DNA of 64,000 bases, from assembly GCA_963776275.1 (NCBI GenBank), contig CAVZMI010000020.1:160001-224000 (forward strand). The letters run 5' to 3'. The notes beneath the pieces are model-generated. The model made no database searches, was not told the DNA's origin, and was given only the letters and a program-made list of their open reading frames with translations. The position numbers and the translations under genes were made by a program. The stretch is from Ignavibacteriota bacterium. GTDB lineage: Bacteria; Bacteroidota; Ignavibacteria; UBA10030; CAVZMI01. Positions 11,628 through 20,400 of this stretch are shown here, one piece after another (the first letter of the stretch is position 1; each line of letters opens with the position of its first letter).

Positions 11628-11728
11628 GATTTCGGATTTCGGATTGATGATTTCGGAATTGGAGGACAAGGCTACACGGGGACTTGGGTGTGAATACAGT
11701 TCGTTCCCATTCATAATTCACAATTCCG
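11628..11728. repeat. Degenerate heptamer repeats (GATTTCG-like) with inverted arm between convergent genes
   Basis: GATTTCG GATTTCG GATTGAT GATTTCG GAATTGG; CGGAATTG(11654-61) pairs with CAATTCCG(11721-28). Confidence 0.5.
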
Positions 11729-11771
11729 CCTTCATTTTATTCCGGCGGACGTGTCGTAATTCACAACTTAC

Positions 11772-12509
11772 TTATCGCCCTGAAAATTCATTCCCTGCGG
11801 GGGTGATGCACTTGGACGTGTCGTTCTGAGAATTGTTTACAAGTTTGGAGACCGGATAGGCTTTCATGTCACGGGCTGGATAAGGTGTAAGAGATTTCGC
11901 AAGCTCGGTCATGTTTCTGAACCCCCGGTCGAGCCACTGTTCAAAGCGTTCTTCAGGAAGGATGACCGGCATACGGCTGTGGAGTCTGGACATAAGCTCA
12001 TTGGGCGTGGTGGTAATGATTGTGAAGGTAGGAAATTCTTCGCCGGCCGGATTTTTCCAGATCGAGAAGAGACCGGCAAACATGAACGGCCGCTCGTCTT
12101 TCATGCGGATGCAGAAGGGAATTTTTTCCGTAATGTTTTTTTTCTTTCCCTGCTTTTCAACCTGCGTTATGGTTGCTTTCCACTCATAGAAAGCGTCGGC
12201 AGGGATAAGGCAGCGGCTCCCTTTGAAGTAGGGGGAATAGAGTCTGCTTTTTTCAAGTGTTTCTGCTTTTGCATTGAAGGTCGAAAAATTTACTTTGCCG
12301 TCTTTCGACCAGTGCGGAATAAGCCACCACTGCATTTTTTGTACAAGGGGCGTACCGTCACGGACAACCACAACCGGCATGTGCTGCATGGGTGAGACGT
12401 TATAGCGGGGAAGACCATCAAAGACGGTTCCGATATCCCGAATCTTATTGATCATTGCAAATGATGCAATAACTTTCTTACCGTCGATCAAAACATAACG
12501 GCCACACAT
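11772..12509 (-). CDS. yedK: SRAP/HMCES abasic-site-crosslinking protein
   Basis: N-terminal MCGRY (catalytic Cys2), RYNVSP, FYEW, HSRMPVIL, VSKLVNN. Confidence 0.95.
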   Translation of the reverse strand: MCGRYVLIDGKKVIASFAMINKIRDIGTVFDGLPRYNVSPMQHMPVVVVRDGTPLVQKMQWWLIPHWSKDGKVNFSTFNAKAETLEKSRLYSPYFKGSRCLIPADAFYEWKATITQVEKQGKKKNITEKIPFCIRMKDERPFMFAGLFSIWKNPAGEEFPTFTIITTTPNELMSRLHSRMPVILPEERFEQWLDRGFRNMTELAKSLTPYPARDMKAYPVSKLVNNSQNDTSKCITPAGNEFSGR

Positions 12510-12626
12510 ACACGTCTCCTGTGCTCTGTGCAGAATAATGTAATGAAATTCTTATCGAAAACACAATATCTCTTTCGGCAATCTGCCTGTACTAACGTTT
12601 CCGCCAATACCATTGAGGAGCGTGGA

Positions 12627-13457
12627 ATGAAGAAACCTCAAATCCCATCGGACCGGTCGGAAATCGGTCTTGACGACCCGTCCGCCTCTGTCGTACCACG
12701 CGTTGTCCAGCGGGATCGGCAGAACGTCGGGGTTTGTTCTCCAGAGCTTCGCATCACCTACGATGTGTTATCACGACGCTTTACCGCGGCACCGCCGGGA
12801 AAGCTGTATCTACTATACGGCGATGCTGTGGTATTCCGGTTTGCCCTAGCTCTGGCATCACACGCCCTTTCGCATCAAGCCGCCATTGCCGTTGTCGATG
12901 GCTGCAACAAATTTGATGCGCATTCCATTGCCCGATTCGCGCGGGAACACGGATATTCGCCCGACGATTTTCTCAACCACATTTTTATTTCCCGCGGATT
13001 CACCTGTTATCAAATGGAAGCGGTTGTTAACGACCGCTTACTGCCGTTTATTCAACGCATCGGCGGAAACACTGCAATAATTTTCGGACTCCTCGACACG
13101 CTTTACGACGAGCAGGCACCGCTGAACGAGGTACGCAACATTCTCCGGCGTATAGTCATACGGCTTCACGACATGAAGGCGGTAGGAATTTCAGTCCTCC
13201 TCGCCTCGCGGCAATGGAACGTCCCGGACCAGAGAAGAAATGCGCTGTTTACAACACTACAATCGGGCATGGATATCGTCTGCCGCGTTGAAATGAACGA
13301 AGAGATGAAACCAAAGTTATATCTTGAGCAACCGGGAAAGGCGCTTCATCATGGGACGGACAGTACCAACATTCACCAATATCATCGATGCGGAAATCGC
13401 CAGCTGGTCGAAATACCGCCGCGGACTGCGCAAAGAAGACCAGGAGGCGTTCGATAA
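12627..13457 (+). CDS. Inactivated RecA/RadA-fold protein (ImuA-like partner of PolB2)
   Basis: VVDGCNKFD...IFISRGFTCYQM RadA-like segment with no GxxxxGKT; GAGGAG RBS before ATG 12627; directly upstream of the PolB2 genes. Confidence 0.75.
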   Translation: MKKPQIPSDRSEIGLDDPSASVVPRVVQRDRQNVGVCSPELRITYDVLSRRFTAAPPGKLYLLYGDAVVFRFALALASHALSHQAAIAVVDGCNKFDAHSIARFAREHGYSPDDFLNHIFISRGFTCYQMEAVVNDRLLPFIQRIGGNTAIIFGLLDTLYDEQAPLNEVRNILRRIVIRLHDMKAVGISVLLASRQWNVPDQRRNALFTTLQSGMDIVCRVEMNEEMKPKLYLEQPGKALHHGTDSTNIHQYHRCGNRQLVEIPPRTAQRRPGGVR

Positions 13458-13614
13458 CCTCTTCCGTGCGGCACAGATTCATCTTGCGGAAAATTTTTAT
13501 GCCATGCGGACGATCCCGTTCGAAAGCATCGTCATATCGATGCTCGTCGAACAACAGAAACAGATTATACAGCTTCACGAGCAGGTGAACCACCTGAAGC
13601 GCGATACACAATGA
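13351..13614 (+). CDS. Small helical PolB2-associated protein (arCOG07300-like)
   Basis: MGRTVPTF...W..YRRGLRKEDQEAFD...PFESIVISMLVEQ; ATGA overlap with the polymerase gene. Confidence 0.8.
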   Translation: MGRTVPTFTNIIDAEIASWSKYRRGLRKEDQEAFDNLFRAAQIHLAENFYAMRTIPFESIVISMLVEQQKQIIQLHEQVNHLKRDTQ

Positions 13615-15881
13615 TAACGACTGTCAGAGGATGGCTGTTCGATCTCTATCCATCGGCTCAGGGAATGACTCTCTGGATTATCGATGAAGATGGAAACACA
13701 CACCGGTGCCGGGATACATTCACTCCAACATTCTATCTGCACCTCCCGCCGCCTGAGATGGCACGTGCAGAAAGGATGGCAGAAGCGTGTCCGGTTCCCG
13801 TGGCACATTGCCGGACACAGCGGATGGAACTCTATTCCGGCACCATGATAGATGTTGTCGCCTGCACCGTTTACGACGCCATGCGCGCCCGCGAGGCGGT
13901 ATGGTTCTTCGAAAAAGAATTTCCGCATTTTACATTTTTCAACACCGATATTCCGATTGCACAGTTGTATCTCTACCACACCCAACTTTTCCCTCTGGCA
14001 TTCGGCGACTACGGTATTGACGAAACCGGTCGGCTTGTGGATACTACTCTCCACGACACTGTCGGGTCAACGGAGTATCGCCTCCCCCCTCTCTCGATCA
14101 TGGCGCTCAGGAATACAGATTCATTTGTTCCGCTCAAACATCAGCGTTCGATACAACTGGAAATCAGTTACGACAACACTGACTACGTGCTTGAACAGGA
14201 GAATCCCGCGGATCTTCTCGAAGGACTCAACCGCCACCTCGCACGATACGATCCGGATATCCTTCTTACCGAATACGGCGATGCCACGCTGATGCCGATG
14301 CTTTACTCTCTTTCCCGGCATACCCGTGTTCCGCTGCTTCTGAACCGCGACCGTACCGCCGATTACCGGATTACCAAAGGATCAAGTTATTTCCAATATG
14401 GAAAAATCATCCATAAGGACGGCGCATTCGAACTTGCCGGACGATGGCACATCGATACCGAGAATTCTTTCACTGTCGTAGAATCGGATCTCGACGGTCT
14501 TTTCGAGCTCTCGCGCATCACGCAGATTCCGGTGCAGCATCAGTCGCGTGCCAGCATCGGTAACGGACTTTCATCGATGCAATTCTCGTGGGCATACCGT
14601 AATAATATTTTGATCCCGTCGAAAAAACGTGAGCCCGAAGAATTTAAAAGTGCGGCAACGCTGATACTCGCCGACCGTGGCGGACTGACCTTCCAGCCGC
14701 CGATCGGTTACCACGAAGATGTCGGAGAGCTGGACTTTGTCTCGATGTACCCGACAATCATGGTCCGGCATAATGTCTCGCCCGAAACGGTCAACTGCCG
14801 TTGCTGTCCAGATGCGCCGCCCGCGGTGCCGGAACTTGATTACAGAATCTGCAAACGCCGTGAAGGAATTGTCCCAGCAACGCTCCGCCCGGTCGTTGCA
14901 CGCCGGTTGTACTACAAGAAAAAAAAGAAAGAACTCAAGACCCGAAACGATCCTCTCTGGATCCGCTACGATCGGCGCCAGACGGCGCTCAAGTGGATGC
15001 TCGTTACATGTTTCGGTTATCTTGGATATAAAAATGCCCGCTTTGGAAAAATCGAAGCGCATGAATCGGTTAACGCGTTCTCGCGCGATGCTTTGCTGAC
15101 CGCGAAAGAGATAGCCGAACGCAACGGCTTTCATCTACTCCATGCAATTGTCGATTCCATGTGGCTGAAGAAACCGGGGGCAACTGAACAGGACTATGAG
15201 CGGCTCTGCGATGAAATCTCGGCCGCGACATCCATCGATATTTCCCTTGAAGGTATTTACAAGTGGATTCTCTTTCCGGCATCCAGAATGGATTCTCTGC
15301 TGCCGACAGCGAACCGTTACATCGGGTGGTACCAACACGGCGAGTATAAAGTCCGCGGGATCGAGGTTCGTCGGCACGATACACCGAAGTTTATCAAGGA
15401 AATGCAGAAACAGCTCTTCGATATTCTCGCACATGCCGGGAATGTCGATGAAATCAAGCGTTATATTCCAAGCGTTCTCGAGTCGGCACAATCATCGCTT
15501 CAACTTCTTAGTTCGGGAAAGGCTAATCCGCTCGATCTTGTTATTCGAAAAAATATTTCACAGGAGGCCTCGGAATACAGCAACAACAGTGTGAATGCGG
15601 TCGTCGCGCGGATGCTCGAAGATGCAGGCGTTCATCTTGCGGCAGGCGAATCCATTTCCTATATTCTCATCGATGCAACAGGAAAAAAGAAGCCGGAAAA
15701 GGCGAAACCGGTTGCGCTTTATGCATTCGAGGATGGATACGATATTGAAAAATATATCGAATTGTGTCTGAAGGCCGTCGAGACGCTCCTTCTCCCTTTT
15801 GGGTGGAATATGGAAAAACTGGCAGAATATCTCGGCCTGAACAATAAAAACCATCGAGAAAAAGGGGCAATTTGTCCTTGA
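13611..15881 (+). CDS. polB2: Family B DNA polymerase, PolB2-type
   Basis: Motif A DFVSMYPTIM, motif B ALKWMLVTCFGYLGY, motif C HAIVDS (in place of YGDTDS), KVRGIEVRRHD; exonuclease motifs not recognisable. Confidence 0.9.
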   Translation: MITTVRGWLFDLYPSAQGMTLWIIDEDGNTHRCRDTFTPTFYLHLPPPEMARAERMAEACPVPVAHCRTQRMELYSGTMIDVVACTVYDAMRAREAVWFFEKEFPHFTFFNTDIPIAQLYLYHTQLFPLAFGDYGIDETGRLVDTTLHDTVGSTEYRLPPLSIMALRNTDSFVPLKHQRSIQLEISYDNTDYVLEQENPADLLEGLNRHLARYDPDILLTEYGDATLMPMLYSLSRHTRVPLLLNRDRTADYRITKGSSYFQYGKIIHKDGAFELAGRWHIDTENSFTVVESDLDGLFELSRITQIPVQHQSRASIGNGLSSMQFSWAYRNNILIPSKKREPEEFKSAATLILADRGGLTFQPPIGYHEDVGELDFVSMYPTIMVRHNVSPETVNCRCCPDAPPAVPELDYRICKRREGIVPATLRPVVARRLYYKKKKKELKTRNDPLWIRYDRRQTALKWMLVTCFGYLGYKNARFGKIEAHESVNAFSRDALLTAKEIAERNGFHLLHAIVDSMWLKKPGATEQDYERLCDEISAATSIDISLEGIYKWILFPASRMDSLLPTANRYIGWYQHGEYKVRGIEVRRHDTPKFIKEMQKQLFDILAHAGNVDEIKRYIPSVLESAQSSLQLLSSGKANPLDLVIRKNISQEASEYSNNSVNAVVARMLEDAGVHLAAGESISYILIDATGKKKPEKAKPVALYAFEDGYDIEKYIELCLKAVETLLLPFGWNMEKLAEYLGLNNKNHREKGAICP

Positions 15882-16059
15882 TGACCGAAAAAGGGGGGGG
15901 TGACTTTAAAAATTTCTGTACTTGATTTTGAATTAAGAAATGAATAACATATATTGTTTATAGTTGCATCTATTTTCATCTCAATTGCTATCGATTAGTG
16001 TTTAAATAGATACATATTGTTGATATTTTGTTACCATTCATTAATCAAGGAGAACATAT

Positions 16060-17547
16060 ATGAGAAAATTTTTATTACTTGGTATGTTTCTCTGTGTGGT
16101 TGCTGTCATTCCAAACAGCGTTGTAAAAGCACAGGGGATTGATTCTTATCCACGTCTTGGTGCTCAGCTCCTTATTGGAGATCCAGCCACAGAATTTTAT
16201 GAGAGTAATGGACTCAAGATGACATATCAAGCACGCGGTCTCTTACGTTATTCTCTGTCAAAGTATCTTAAGGGTGAGATTGGCGGCGGCTATGTAATGA
16301 TGTCCGGACTCGATTTCAGACATGCTTATTATCGGACAAATATTTATCCGCTCGATTTTCGCATTTTGTTATTCCCGATTCAGAGTAAATCCGTTAGACC
16401 ATTTATCTATGCCGGGGCAGGAGGACTTTATTATCGTGTTGTTAAACTTCCACAATGCGTCAATCCTCCACAACCGATTCCGCTTCTCATCACAGGTCAG
16501 GATGGATTAGCAGCATATGTACCGGTAGGAGTCGGAATTGAATTCGCTCTTTCGCAAGCAGTTTCACTGGAATTGGTATGCGGATATAACCATGTATTCA
16601 ACGACAATCTCAACTACTGTAAATTCCCATGGGATGGCGATTATAATACGGACGCATGGGCAACAGTCGGTCTCGGACTCACCTTTGCACTGGGCAGAGG
16701 AAATGCCGATGATGATAAGGATGGTTTAACGAATGCCGAAGAGGAAAAGCTCGGAACCGATCCGGACAATCCCGATACGGATGGCGACGGCCTAACCGAT
16801 GGCGACGAAGTAAAAATCTATCGCACCAATCCTCTCAAAGCCGACACCGATGGTGATGGACTGAAAGATGGTGATGAAGTAATGAAATATAAGACTGACC
16901 CGCTGAAGATTGATACCGATGGTGACGGATTGAATGACGGTGATGAAGTAATGAAATACAAGACCGATCCGCTGAAGGTTGATACCGATGGCGACGGATT
17001 AAGTGACGGTGATGAAGTAATGAAGTATAAGACGGATCCGTTGAATAAAGATACCGACGGCGATGGACTTACAGATGGTGATGAAGTACTGAAATATAAA
17101 ACCAATCCGTTGAACAAAGATACCGACGGTGGCACTGTGGACGACGGTACTGAAGTGAGACGCGGAACGGATCCTCTCAATCCGGCCGATGATGTAGTGA
17201 AAATGCAGGCTCCGATTATACTTGAAGGAATCGTATTCGCTTCAGGAAAAGCGGATATAGAACCCGCTTCAGCCGCTACACTTGAAAAAGCGCTGAAGAC
17301 CCTGAAGATCTATTCCGATATCGAGGTCGAGATCTCCGGCCATACCGACAAGCTCGGCTCACGTGCATTGAACATGAAACTATCGCAGCGTCGTGCCGAT
17401 GCAGTAAAACAATGGCTTGTAGACAAGGGCATCGATGCAAAACGGATAACAGCGAAAGGATATGGTCCTGACAAACCGATCGACTCAAACAAGACAAAGG
17501 AAGGCCGCCAGAAGAACCGGCGCATTGAATTTGTCAGAATCAAGTAA
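16060..17547 (+). CDS. OmpA-family outer membrane protein with Ca-binding DTDGDG repeats
   Basis: Signal peptide, barrel-like N-terminus, about 7 repeats of 23 aa, OmpA C-domain (GHTD...LSQRRA...GYG...NRRIE). Confidence 0.92.
   Translation: MRKFLLLGMFLCVVAVIPNSVVKAQGIDSYPRLGAQLLIGDPATEFYESNGLKMTYQARGLLRYSLSKYLKGEIGGGYVMMSGLDFRHAYYRTNIYPLDFRILLFPIQSKSVRPFIYAGAGGLYYRVVKLPQCVNPPQPIPLLITGQDGLAAYVPVGVGIEFALSQAVSLELVCGYNHVFNDNLNYCKFPWDGDYNTDAWATVGLGLTFALGRGNADDDKDGLTNAEEEKLGTDPDNPDTDGDGLTDGDEVKIYRTNPLKADTDGDGLKDGDEVMKYKTDPLKIDTDGDGLNDGDEVMKYKTDPLKVDTDGDGLSDGDEVMKYKTDPLNKDTDGDGLTDGDEVLKYKTNPLNKDTDGGTVDDGTEVRRGTDPLNPADDVVKMQAPIILEGIVFASGKADIEPASAATLEKALKTLKIYSDIEVEISGHTDKLGSRALNMKLSQRRADAVKQWLVDKGIDAKRITAKGYGPDKPIDSNKTKEGRQKNRRIEFVRIK
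16708..17193 (+). repeat. Coding tandem repeat, about 69-nt unit (DTDGDGLxDGDEVxKYKTDPLxx)
   Basis: Visible in both DNA and protein. Confidence 0.9.
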
Positions 17548-17561
17548 GTAGTTCGGAGGTT

Positions 17562-17598
17562 AAAAAAGGCGGGGACCGGAAACGGTCTCCGCTTTTTT
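17562..17598. terminator. Bidirectional intrinsic terminator between the OmpA-like gene and arfB
   Basis: AAAAAAGGCGGGGACCG-GAAA-CGGTCTCCGCTTTTTT. Confidence 0.88.
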
Positions 17599-18044
17599 TA
17601 TTCGTCGTCCCGAATACGGCGCAAACGTTTTTGCGCACTTCTGTGTTTTTTCGTCCGCAGACGTTCCTCGCGTGATGTCGATGTGGGGACAGACCGTATC
17701 CGTTTCTTTCGCGGAGCCAGAGCGTGCGCAACTACATTCCGAAACCGATCGAGCACTTTCTGACGATTCATCCACTGGCTCCGGGACTCTTGGGCCGAGA
17801 GGTGAAAAATACCGCGTCTATCGACCCTTCTTGCCAGCTGTTGCAGAAGCAGCACTCTCTGTTCTTCGCTGAATGAAGAAGAATGCTTTATATCGAAACG
17901 TAGTTCAACTTTCGTCGCAATTCTATTGACATTCTGTCCCCCCGGCCCCCCGCTCCGCGAAAATTGAAAATGAATTTCACTCAGCGGAATGGAAACATCA
18001 GATGTAATGATAATAGACACCATTGGCGAATCATCCTTATTCAA
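17598..18044 (-). CDS. arfB: Alternative ribosome-rescue peptidyl-tRNA hydrolase
   Basis: SRSGGPGGQNVN (GGQ motif); basic C-terminal tail. Confidence 0.93.
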   Translation of the reverse strand: MNKDDSPMVSIIITSDVSIPLSEIHFQFSRSGGPGGQNVNRIATKVELRFDIKHSSSFSEEQRVLLLQQLARRVDRRGIFHLSAQESRSQWMNRQKVLDRFRNVVAHALAPRKKRIRSVPTSTSREERLRTKKHRSAQKRLRRIRDDE

Positions 18045-18190
18045 AAAATACTCGGGTATTTTAGAATATACAATAAAATATTTTTTCCTGAAAGGACGCG
18101 GTAACCGGCCTCCATTATATAATATATCAATTGCCTTTCCGGAACATTTTCAATATATTGAACGGCATTTCTTCCAGGACCGGCTGCCGA

Positions 18191-18889
18191 ATGACAAACA
18201 ATCTTTCGAAAAAGGGTGTTGAACGGATGTTCGACGCTATCGCTCACCGATATGATTTCCTGAATCATTTTCTTAGTCTGGGCGTCGACTATTACTGGCG
18301 GTGGTTCACTGTTCGCAAGCTTTGCATCAACTCAAAAAGTCTAATTCTTGATTGTGCAACGGGCACCTGCGATTGTGCCATCGAAGCCATACGATATTCG
18401 CCGAAGAAAATTGTCGGCATCGATATCTCTCTGAAGATGCTGCAGCATGGAAAAGAGAAACTGGAAAAGAAATCTACCACAACAATCGATCTTATTAATT
18501 CCAGCATCGAAAATATTTCATTCCGAACAGGGTGCTTCGATGGGGCAATAGTTGCTTTCGGTGTGAGAAACTTTTTAGATCTCGAAAAAGGATTGAAACA
18601 GATTTACAGAGTATTAAAGTCCGACGGTCGCTTCGTCGTTCTCGAGTTCAGCAAACCTGGACATTTTCCGGTCAGACAACTCTACTTCTTCTATTTTTGC
18701 CATATCCTCCCGCTTGTCGGACGAATGATATCAAAGGATAAAAATGCTTATTCGTACCTTCCTGAATCCGTTATGGAATTTCCTGAAGGAGACGCGTTTG
18801 TCGAAAAACTAATCCAGGCGGGATTCCGAAATATATCCTTCCATAGATTAACGTTCGGCATCGTCACAGTTTATGATGCAATAAAATAA
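18191..18889 (+). CDS. ubiE: Demethylmenaquinone methyltransferase UbiE/MenG
   Basis: MFDAIAHRYDFLN..LSLG.D..WR, LDCATGT, AFGVRNF, AYSYLPES. Confidence 0.93.
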   Translation: MTNNLSKKGVERMFDAIAHRYDFLNHFLSLGVDYYWRWFTVRKLCINSKSLILDCATGTCDCAIEAIRYSPKKIVGIDISLKMLQHGKEKLEKKSTTTIDLINSSIENISFRTGCFDGAIVAFGVRNFLDLEKGLKQIYRVLKSDGRFVVLEFSKPGHFPVRQLYFFYFCHILPLVGRMISKDKNAYSYLPESVMEFPEGDAFVEKLIQAGFRNISFHRLTFGIVTVYDAIK

Positions 18890-18992
18890 AGCACGTAAAT
18901 CCAGGAGATTTCTGATTTTTGATTTCTGAATCTAAATGGCTTTCTATTTTCAAGATCATACTAACATATTCAAAAAGAATATCTGTCTTTTC

Positions 18993-20400
18993 TCAAACCT
19001 TGGTAAGTTTCACGACATTTTCAATATGATAGGTATGGGGAAACATGTCGAGGGGCTGTACCGCATCAATGCGATATCCTCCTTCAACTATTACCTTGAC
19101 ATCACGGGCCTGAGTAGTGGGATTGCAGCTTACATAGACTATTCTCCGTGATCCCAGTCTGATGACTTCCTGCACAACTTTCGGATGCATTCCACTGCGA
19201 GGTGGATCGATTACGAGGACATCAGGAATCGGATTCGAGCGCATCCATTGAGTGTCTTTTGTAAGCCGGTCTTTCAAATCACCAAGAACAAATTCACAAT
19301 TCGTAATATTATTGTACCGGGCATTCATCACTGCATTATCAACTGCACTGGGAATATTATCAATCCCGACAACAAGAGCGACTGAATCGGAAATGAACAA
19401 TGCAATCGTTCCTGTCCCGCAATACAGATCATACACGACATCGGCCGTCTGGAATTCTCCATATTCTTTTACAACCCGATATAGCCGTTCAGCCTGGAAG
19501 GTATTCGTTTGAAAAAAAGAATTTGCGGAAATAATAAATGTGAGATGTCCCAGTTTTTCTCGAATCGGCTCCTTCGCCGTAATAGATTTTCTGAATCTCA
19601 CCGTATGCAATTTGAGCCTTCTTCTCATTGATAGTATTCACAAATGTCGTGATCCCCGGAAATCTTTGAACCAGTAAATTCGATAATTCCCCTGCAGTAT
19701 CGGAAATATCTTTCCCCGTCACAAAGTTGACCATAACCTCCCCCGTCTGTCGTGCCTCGCGAACCACAAGGAACCGAAGGTAACCGTTACCTGTCGTCGT
19801 GTCATAGACCGGTAGTTTCCGTTCGATGCAATGCGAACGGACCGTATTAAGAAGATCTACGGTGAGCTGCGTTTGGAGATGGCATTCATTGATGTCCAGT
19901 ATCTTGTCGTATCTCTGCGGAACATGGAATCCGAGTGCAAAATTGCGCCGTGAAACATCCGGCTTCTCGAGCTCTTCAGCCGTAAGCCATTGTTTATCGC
20001 CGAAAGAAAATTCCATTTTATTGCGGTAATGATAAATTGGATCGGCCCCGATCACCGGATTGACCGCGATACCTCGGAATCCTCCGATTCGTTCGAAAGC
20101 ATCGATGACGTTCTGTCGTTTATATTCGCACTGCTTCGAATATTCAAGATGCTGCCAGCGGCATCCACCGCACACTCCGAAATACCTGCACCGCGGAGCG
20201 ACACGAAACGATGATGGTTGGAGAATTTCGATCGCTCGTGCTTCTGCAAAATTCTTTTTGACTTTGAAAACAACGACACGGGCCTCGTCCCCCGGAACAA
20301 CTCCCTCGACAAACACGACAAAATCTTCATGCCGGGCTACCGACTTTCCTTCGAAAGCAGCATCATCGATATGCAGAATAAATTCATCACCCTTTTTCAT
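18993..20400 (-). CDS. rlmD: 23S rRNA m5U methyltransferase with TRAM domain, split by a frameshift near 19569
   Basis: CRYFGVCGGC and YRNKMEF upstream; SFFQTN, DLYCGTG, DPPRSG, YVSCNP, DMFPHT downstream. Confidence 0.92.

Noticed and set aside
13611-15881. Prophage, casposon or pipolin polymerase
   Set aside because: No integrase, Cas1, capsid genes or terminal repeats; motifs and partner genes fit PolB2
16708-17193. CRISPR-like 69-bp periodicity
   Set aside because: In-frame coding repeat of the OmpA-family protein
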